Virus record (IMG/VR): IMGVR_UViG_3300002835_000066
Coordinates: 64,001 to 105,180 of that record
From: a virus
Lineage: Duplodnaviria > Heunggongvirae > Uroviricota > Caudoviricetes
Length of the DNA: 41,180 bases
Direction: 5' to 3' (one strand)
Shown piece after piece: positions 34,672 to 41,180 of the stretch. Numbering within the stretch: the first letter of the stretch is position 1; every line of letters starts with the position of its first letter. The position numbers and the translations under genes were made by a program. The notes beneath the pieces were generated by a model, which had not been told where the DNA came from, made no database searches, and worked only from the letters and a program-made list of their open reading frames with translations.

Positions 34672-37600
34672 ATGGCACGTATTAGAACCTTAAATTTCCT
34701 CCCGGAAATCTTTCAAACCCCTACTAACGCTGAATTTCTTTCGGCTACCCTCGACCAGCTAACTAGCAACCCGGTTACTACCAGGGTGCAGGGATATGTA
34801 GGTAGTAGATTTGGTTCAGGAGTTAATGCTCTCAACTACTATGTTACTGAGCCAACCAAAACTCGTACTGATTACCAGCTTGATCCAGGCGTGGTGTTTA
34901 CTAAAACCGACGAATCAGTTGCTCAAGACTTTATTACGTATCCGGGAATTATTGATTCATTGAAGCAGCAAGGAGCTGTCACTAATAACAATAATCGGTT
35001 GTTTGAGAGTCAATTCTATTCATGGGATAGTTTTACTAACTTAGATAAAATAGTTAATCACTATGAATATTATTGGCTTCCTGAAGGCCCTCCCGTAGTA
35101 ACAGTGTCTCCTAGCGTAGTTTTCACTAACGAAGATTATATCGTCGGTGACTTACCAAACGCATATGAATTAACAGAGGTTGGTTCTAGCAATAACACCG
35201 GACTCAATCCTACTATTTCGTTGTTGCGCGGCGGAACTTATAACTTCTTTGTTAACCAAGACAGTCCATTCTATATTCAAACTATTCCGAGCGTGACTGG
35301 ATTTAATCCTGATCAACCTTTTGTCAGTGTGCGTGATGTTTTTGGGGTAACCAACAACGGTACTACCGATGGAGCTGTTACTTTTAATGTTCCTTCGAAG
35401 ACTGCTCAAAACAACTTTATTTTTCCGGGCAACAACTTTGTTGATGTAGTCTCTACTACACCATTTGATCAAGTAAATGGAAAAAATCTGTACGATGTTT
35501 TTGACCCTTCAACCGGTATTACTTATCCAGGGTTAGGCAATATTGACGGTGTTGTGGGTCTTAACGGCCTACGAGTAATGTTTTATAATGATGGCGTTCC
35601 TAATGAAATCGGATACGTTTCTTCATATTATGATGGTACAAATTATGATGTAAATGATCCGCTCTTCACCGAACCTCAAACAGTTACTATCAGCAGCACA
35701 ACAGCTACAGGAAACTTCCTGTCAATGGCAACTGGCTTCACTACAGACGAAATTATCGTTAATCAAACTGTAACTTTTACTGCTCCTTTATTAGGTGGTC
35801 TACAAGAAGGCCAAGTTTATTTTGTCAAAGAAATTTTAAACTCTACTGACTTTACTATTAGTACAAGCATCGGCGGTGCTACAGTATCGGTCGGAACAGA
35901 TTCTGGCTTTAACACTACAGTTAACATCAACCAAGGTCAGTATGAACAAGGATTTTATACTAGTGTCAGCGAGAACTACTACAGAATTCAATTTGTAGGC
36001 GATCCTAATAATCCGGTACTAAGACTGTTGCCGGACGGTATCATTCCCAACGAAGAAAACATTACTCCTAGGTTTGGGGAACAATGGATAAACAGAACCT
36101 TCTATAGAAATACATTAGGTGTAATCAGTTTGGTTCCAACTGTTACCGCGCCACTAGATACGCTATATTATCAGGATGGCACTAATCCAAATAAAGTTGG
36201 CGTGATTAAAATCATTGAAAATACCGGTAAAGATTTTATCGATGTTGATACTGAAATTTTAGGTAAAATAAACTACACATCACCAACCGGCGTTCAGTTT
36301 ACAAACGGCCTAAAAGTAAGTTTTGATGGTAACATATTCCCGATCGGTTATCGAACAGGTCAATACTACGTTGAAGGAGTAGGTACTGGGATTGAACTAG
36401 TATCAGTTGATGAACTAGTGACTCCTGAAAGTTTTTCAGCAGGAGCGTATATTCCATGGGATGAATTTGGCTTTGATATTGGTAGCTATGACATCAGCTT
36501 GAATATTCCAGTTGACCCAGATTATATTACTATTGCTAGAAACAGTATTTCCAGAAATGCATGGGCTAGAAGTAACCGCTGGTTCCACATCGATGTCATT
36601 AACGCATCTGCACAATATAACAATAACCCAAACATTCTAACAGAATACGTTACTCCAGACAACAAAGCTAAAAGACCAATCATTGAGTTTTATCCAAACT
36701 TAAGATTGTTTGATTCTGGTGCGGTTGGCAAAAGACCGATCGATTTCTTTGATACTCGTGCAGTAGATGCATTATCCGACGTAGCAGGATTGTTGAATTA
36801 TTATCCTGACGTTGAGACTTATACTACGAATACTGCAACTGTTGCGGCTACTCCTACTACACTTGTTAACGTTGTTGACATGGAAGCAGGTAAAACATAT
36901 AGCATTAATGTATCAATTAGTCTAGGCGCAACAGGTCAAGCTGCATGGAACACACTAGCCGGTACAATCGGAGTTTTCTATCAGACGGGTGACGAAATAA
37001 CTTGTCAAATCGATGGCAACGAGCTAGCATTCCCGGGTAGCAGTAACGGAAGATTAATATACGATGAGACTACGGTTGTTATTCCTAATGATCAAATAAC
37101 TGGTATATTTCAAATTGGTATGTATTTGGGTGATACCTTAAATATTGTCCCTACGAATTCTCAAATTACCGATCTAACAGATGACGGAACCGACACTACA
37201 TTAACTATTACATGGCCCTATCCACAAGATGTTTTGGGCGGCGTAACTTCAGTTGTGGGCACAGATACACTAGCAAGCAATTATGCAGTATTCCCTGGCG
37301 CCCGCATTGTATTTTCTAATGACTCAAATGAAGAAACCAAACATACGATTTATGTAGTCGATATCGTCACAACAATTTTAGGACAAGAACCTAACATTGT
37401 GTTGATAAAGGCAGAAGATAGTAATGTTGGTATTGATGAGCAAGTTGCTATCAAGCGAGGATATAATAATCAAGGTAAAACTTTTTATTATACTGGATTA
37501 GCTTGGAACCAAGCACAGCAAAAAGTAACAGTCAATCAAGCTCCGTTCTTTGACGTATTTGATGAAAACGATATTTCGCTAGGAGATAGCGATATTTACG

Positions 37601-40600
37601 GTGGCACAACATTTAGGGGCTGTACTCTATTTGCTTATGGAATCAATCCATTAACAGTTGATGACCCTATTTTAGGTTTCCCTGTTAGATACAGTGATGT
37701 CGCCAACATAGCTGATATTAGTTTTGATGTAACTATCAACTCTGATACGTTTAACTATGTCCGCGGATTTGATTCTATAACTCAAAAAGTAAATACCGGA
37801 TATGTGTATAACTATACCGCGGCTGATGCATTTACTAGAGAATTAGGATGGCAAACCGCAGTTGAAAACAGTGTTCAATATCAGCTTTTCAGCTTCAAGT
37901 ATGATATCCTTAATCCACCAACTCAGTTTGTTTGTGACATTGCAGCATTGCCTGAAGTACCTCTTAATAGCAAAGGCTGGCCTAGAGTTAAAGTATACAA
38001 CAACAACGTATATTTGGAGCCGACTACTTACACGGTTGAAGTAACTGAAAACACAACTACCATTACTTTGCTAGATTCTCCCGTTGAAGAAACAGTAATT
38101 CAAGTTCTACTATTGAGTGACCAAGTAAGTAATTCGGCTTATTATCAGATTCCTGATAACTTGAATAACAACCCATTCAATGAAGACTTGACGGTTGCTG
38201 ATGTCGGTGACATTCAGAATCATTATCAAGATATCTTTATCAATGCACCAAACACAACTGGTCAAATCTTTGGAAGAAATAATTTCCGAGATTGCGGCGA
38301 CTTGATTTCATATGGCACTAAGATTATTCAAAACAGTGCTTCACTTGCGTTGCCAGGCACCTTCTTACGTAAGACTGAACACAATGTTGTTGACGCATTA
38401 CTATTCAACAGCCGCGAGTATATAAAGTATAAGCAACTGCTAGTAGACACTGTACAAAATACAGATTATGTACAGAGATATACGCCATCTGAAATTTTAG
38501 ATGCTGCTATTGAGCAAATATCTGCAAGCAAGAGTGAAGTTAATTCATTCTTTTGGTCTGACATGTTGCCAAACAAGGCACCATTCAGAACCACTACATA
38601 TAACTTCAATAGCCTTGCTGATGTAACTAGATATCCGTTGAGTCAAGTTTATAACTTTGAGTCAGCAAACTATAATGGTGTGTTGGTATACTTAAACCGC
38701 ACGGTCGACAACAATCTAGTACAAACGCAGCTTTTAAGAAATGTTGACTATACTATCAGCACAGATAGTCCATCGCTAACTATTACCCTAGACTTGGTGC
38801 CGGGCGACGAAGTTGTTATCAAAGAATATAACCAGACATATGGTTCATATGTTCCGTATACTCCTAGTAAGTTAGGACTCTACGCATTGACTCAGCCTAG
38901 TGTTGTGCTAGATAGCGATTACACCGTGCCTACTTACTTTATCAAGGGGCATGACGGTTCGTTCACTAAGCTCTACGGCACATATAATCCTGTCACCGAT
39001 GTTCTTGTGGACTTTAGAGACCAAGCATTGCTTGAGTTTGAAAAGAGAATCTATAATAACGTCAAGCTAAGCACCGAAGTTCCTATCAAACTTTATGAAA
39101 TATTGCCGGGCTTCTTTAGAGACAGTACATATAGCTATGCTGAATGGCTACAGATGTACTCTACCAACTTCTTAAATTGGGTCGGTCAAAATAGAGTAGA
39201 TTATAAAACTCAGTTTTTCAACAGAAATAATGAATTCACTTATAACTACACGAACTCAGGTAACAAGTTAAATGGCGCCCCAATCAACCAAGGCTATTGG
39301 AGAGGTGTGTACGAGTATTTCTATGACACTACTACTCCTAACGAAACACCTTGGGAAATGTTGAGCTTTGCCAACGAACCAACTTGGTGGACTGCTCGGT
39401 ATGGCGCGGCCCCTTATACAAGCGACAACTTAGTATTGTGGGGAGACCTCGCAGAAGGTAGAGTATACTCAGCAGACGGTACAAGTGTTATCGTTCCTGA
39501 GTTGGCTCGGCCTGGCTTACTAAACATTCTGCCCGTAGATTCAAGTGGTAATTTATTAAGTCCGCTTGTCTCAATAGTAGGAAACTATAACCCAAGTACT
39601 TTCCAGAAAGACTGGGTAGTGGGAGATGACGGTCCAGTAGAACTTAGCTATCGTCGTAGTTCATCATATCCGTTCGATGTTATTAAGTTGTTTGCGTTAA
39701 CTAGACCAGCAGAATTCTACAACTTGGCAGTTGATTTGGATAACTACAAATACAACAGCGAGTTTAATCAATATCTCGTTAACAATAGATCACACTTGAT
39801 TATTAATGACATTGAAATATACGGTAATGGCACTGCCAAAACTTCATATATCAACTGGGTTGTTGACTTTGAAAAGCAATTTGGCATTGATGCCACAAAC
39901 AATATCACTGAATTATTCAATAACCTAGACGTAAGATTAATCTATCGTTTGGCTGGATACAGTGACAAAACCTTACTCAACTTCTATGTTGAAAAGGGTT
40001 CACCCAATACTGCAAATGCCTCGTTGTTAATCCCAGATGAGAGTTACTCGGTAATTCTTTATGACAATCAACCATTTGATCAGTTAGTATTCTCTAGTGT
40101 TGTTATTCAGAAAATAGGCAATGCATATGCTGTGTTTGGTAATTCACAAACCTTTGCTTACTTTACAGTTAAGGCTCCGATTAATAACGGCAATAATTCT
40201 AGACTTGAAGTATTGAAACAAACTGTTAAAGTGGCAAACGATTACACTAATACTGATGTTTTAATACCATATGGTACTAAGTTCTATAGTACTCAAGAGG
40301 TAGCACAGTTTATTTCGAGCTATGCTGCTTATTTGAAAAGTAAAGGTGTAACATTTGATTTAATTGAAACCGGTAGAGAAATAAATTGGGACTTAATGAT
40401 CCAAGAATTTTTGTATTGGACTCAGACTGGCTGGCAAGATGGAAGCATTATTACTCTTAATCCTTCTGCTACAGTGTTGGCTATAAACAAAGAAGGAAGT
40501 ATTGTTCAGCCACTAACGCTTCAGCAGCAGAACTTTATTCTTAATCAAAACTTGTATCCTATTCAGAATAATGAGTTGAATATACGCCGCGAAGGTACTG

Positions 40601-41180
40601 CCTTTATAGTTAACACATTAAATGAAGGCGATAGCATGTCTTTTGCACAGTTTAATGTTAGTAACTTTGAGCATGGCATAGTGTTCGATAACACTACTTT
40701 ATTCAATGATGTTATCTACAACCTTGTTACTGGGCTACGTCAAAATAGAATCACGTTGCGCGGAACTAAGACTGCGGAATGGAATGGCACAATCAATACT
40801 TGGGGCTTCATTCTCAATCAAGATAATGTTAAAGAATGGTCAAAGAATATTAAGTATCCTAAGGGAGTAATTGTAAAATACAAGAACAAGTATTACGCTG
40901 CCCTTACACTAATTGAACCGACTGCTACCTTTAATGAGCTTAATTGGAAACTTATAAACTATAATGATATACAAAAGGGACTATTGCCCAACAGTGCTAC
41001 TAGATCATATGAAAGTACGCTGTACTATAATTGCAATGTCGCAAATCTAGAGCAGGATTCAGATTTATTATCCTATTCATTGATTGGGTATCGTCCAAGA
41101 GACTATCTAGCTCTTGCTGACTTAACCGACGTAGCACAGATCAATGTTTATAAAAACATGATTAAGAATAAGGGTACTAT
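34672..41180 (+). CDS. very large baseplate wedge/virion protein (gp7-like position), 3' end outside window
   Basis: Manual translation starts MARIRTLNFLPEIFQTPTNAEFLSATLDQL; includes FYSWDSFTNLDKIVNHYEYYWLPEGP, NAWARSNRWFH and KRPIIEF. Its absence from the ORF track implies no stop in the window (>2169 codons). Confidence 0.85.
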   Translation, partial: MARIRTLNFLPEIFQTPTNAEFLSATLDQLTSNPVTTRVQGYVGSRFGSGVNALNYYVTEPTKTRTDYQLDPGVVFTKTDESVAQDFITYPGIIDSLKQQGAVTNNNNRLFESQFYSWDSFTNLDKIVNHYEYYWLPEGPPVVTVSPSVVFTNEDYIVGDLPNAYELTEVGSSNNTGLNPTISLLRGGTYNFFVNQDSPFYIQTIPSVTGFNPDQPFVSVRDVFGVTNNGTTDGAVTFNVPSKTAQNNFIFPGNNFVDVVSTTPFDQVNGKNLYDVFDPSTGITYPGLGNIDGVVGLNGLRVMFYNDGVPNEIGYVSSYYDGTNYDVNDPLFTEPQTVTISSTTATGNFLSMATGFTTDEIIVNQTVTFTAPLLGGLQEGQVYFVKEILNSTDFTISTSIGGATVSVGTDSGFNTTVNINQGQYEQGFYTSVSENYYRIQFVGDPNNPVLRLLPDGIIPNEENITPRFGEQWINRTFYRNTLGVISLVPTVTAPLDTLYYQDGTNPNKVGVIKIIENTGKDFIDVDTEILGKINYTSPTGVQFTNGLKVSFDGNIFPIGYRTGQYYVEGVGTGIELVSVDELVTPESFSAGAYIPWDEFGFDIGSYDISLNIPVDPDYITIARNSISRNAWARSNRWFHIDVINASAQYNNNPNILTEYVTPDNKAKRPIIEFYPNLRLFDSGAVGKRPIDFFDTRAVDALSDVAGLLNYYPDVETYTTNTATVAATPTTLVNVVDMEAGKTYSINVSISLGATGQAAWNTLAGTIGVFYQTGDEITCQIDGNELAFPGSSNGRLIYDETTVVIPNDQITGIFQIGMYLGDTLNIVPTNSQITDLTDDGTDTTLTITWPYPQDVLGGVTSVVGTDTLASNYAVFPGARIVFSNDSNEETKHTIYVVDIVTTILGQEPNIVLIKAEDSNVGIDEQVAIKRGYNNQGKTFYYTGLAWNQAQQKVTVNQAPFFDVFDENDISLGDSDIYGGTTFRGCTLFAYGINPLTVDDPILGFPVRYSDVANIADISFDVTINSDTFNYVRGFDSITQKVNTGYVYNYTAADAFTRELGWQTAVENSVQYQLFSFKYDILNPPTQFVCDIAALPEVPLNSKGWPRVKVYNNNVYLEPTTYTVEVTENTTTITLLDSPVEETVIQVLLLSDQVSNSAYYQIPDNLNNNPFNEDLTVADVGDIQNHYQDIFINAPNTTGQIFGRNNFRDCGDLISYGTKIIQNSASLALPGTFLRKTEHNVVDALLFNSREYIKYKQLLVDTVQNTDYVQRYTPSEILDAAIEQISASKSEVNSFFWSDMLPNKAPFRTTTYNFNSLADVTRYPLSQVYNFESANYNGVLVYLNRTVDNNLVQTQLLRNVDYTISTDSPSLTITLDLVPGDEVVIKEYNQTYGSYVPYTPSKLGLYALTQPSVVLDSDYTVPTYFIKGHDGSFTKLYGTYNPVTDVLVDFRDQALLEFEKRIYNNVKLSTEVPIKLYEILPGFFRDSTYSYAEWLQMYSTNFLNWVGQNRVDYKTQFFNRNNEFTYNYTNSGNKLNGAPINQGYWRGVYEYFYDTTTPNETPWEMLSFANEPTWWTARYGAAPYTSDNLVLWGDLAEGRVYSADGTSVIVPELARPGLLNILPVDSSGNLLSPLVSIVGNYNPSTFQKDWVVGDDGPVELSYRRSSSYPFDVIKLFALTRPAEFYNLAVDLDNYKYNSEFNQYLVNNRSHLIINDIEIYGNGTAKTSYINWVVDFEKQFGIDATNNITELFNNLDVRLIYRLAGYSDKTLLNFYVEKGSPNTANASLLIPDESYSVILYDNQPFDQLVFSSVVIQKIGNAYAVFGNSQTFAYFTVKAPINNGNNSRLEVLKQTVKVANDYTNTDVLIPYGTKFYSTQEVAQFISSYAAYLKSKGVTFDLIETGREINWDLMIQEFLYWTQTGWQDGSIITLNPSATVLAINKEGSIVQPLTLQQQNFILNQNLYPIQNNELNIRREGTAFIVNTLNEGDSMSFAQFNVSNFEHGIVFDNTTLFNDVIYNLVTGLRQNRITLRGTKTAEWNGTINTWGFILNQDNVKEWSKNIKYPKGVIVKYKNKYYAALTLIEPTATFNELNWKLINYNDIQKGLLPNSATRSYESTLYYNCNVANLEQDSDLLSYSLIGYRPRDYLALADLTDVAQINVYKNMIKNKGT

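Noticed and set aside
21-37000. Numerous 60-160 aa ORFs in the track antisense or off-frame to long genes (e.g. 588-1061, 9450-10026, 13792-14808, 22959-23540, 29321-30193)
   Set aside because: Shadow ORFs of biased, low-complexity real genes; no SD or promoter and no protein-like motifs.
1-41180. CRISPR array or TIGR-like guide array
   Set aside because: All repeats found are in-frame coding tandem repeats; none show repeat-spacer alternation.
1-41180. Stop-codon reassignment
   Set aside because: Core genes are full length in the standard code, and TGA ends several genes at sensible positions.

Overview
A 41 kb segment of a large T4-like myovirus genome (about 40% GC, standard genetic code). 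Left, mostly minus strand: Asn/Gly/Thr-rich fibre-type genes, an inverted insert of a degenerate HNH zinc finger plus B12-radical SAM gene, a small ADP-ribosyltransferase-like gene, the head module (gp23, gp22, gp21, acidic core protein, portal gp20) and a 1288-aa tape-measure-like protein with two predicted peptidoglycan hydrolase domains. Centre: a gp26/gp51-like pair apparently joined by a -1 frameshift signal, a ~460-nt ORF-free structured region directly downstream of a PD-(D/E)XK (Hjc-like) nuclease, then gp46, gp47 and a gp55-like late sigma factor. Right, plus strand: the baseplate module (tube initiator, gp53, hub, gp5-like spike, gp25, gp6, and a >2169-aa gp7-like ORF running off the end). 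A T4-type late promoter motif (xATAAATA/CTAAATA/ATAAGTA) recurs about 17 times, often 3-5 nt before an ATG. Best leads: the nuclease-linked structured RNA and the frameshift. All assignments come from motif recognition by eye; no searches or folding programs were run.
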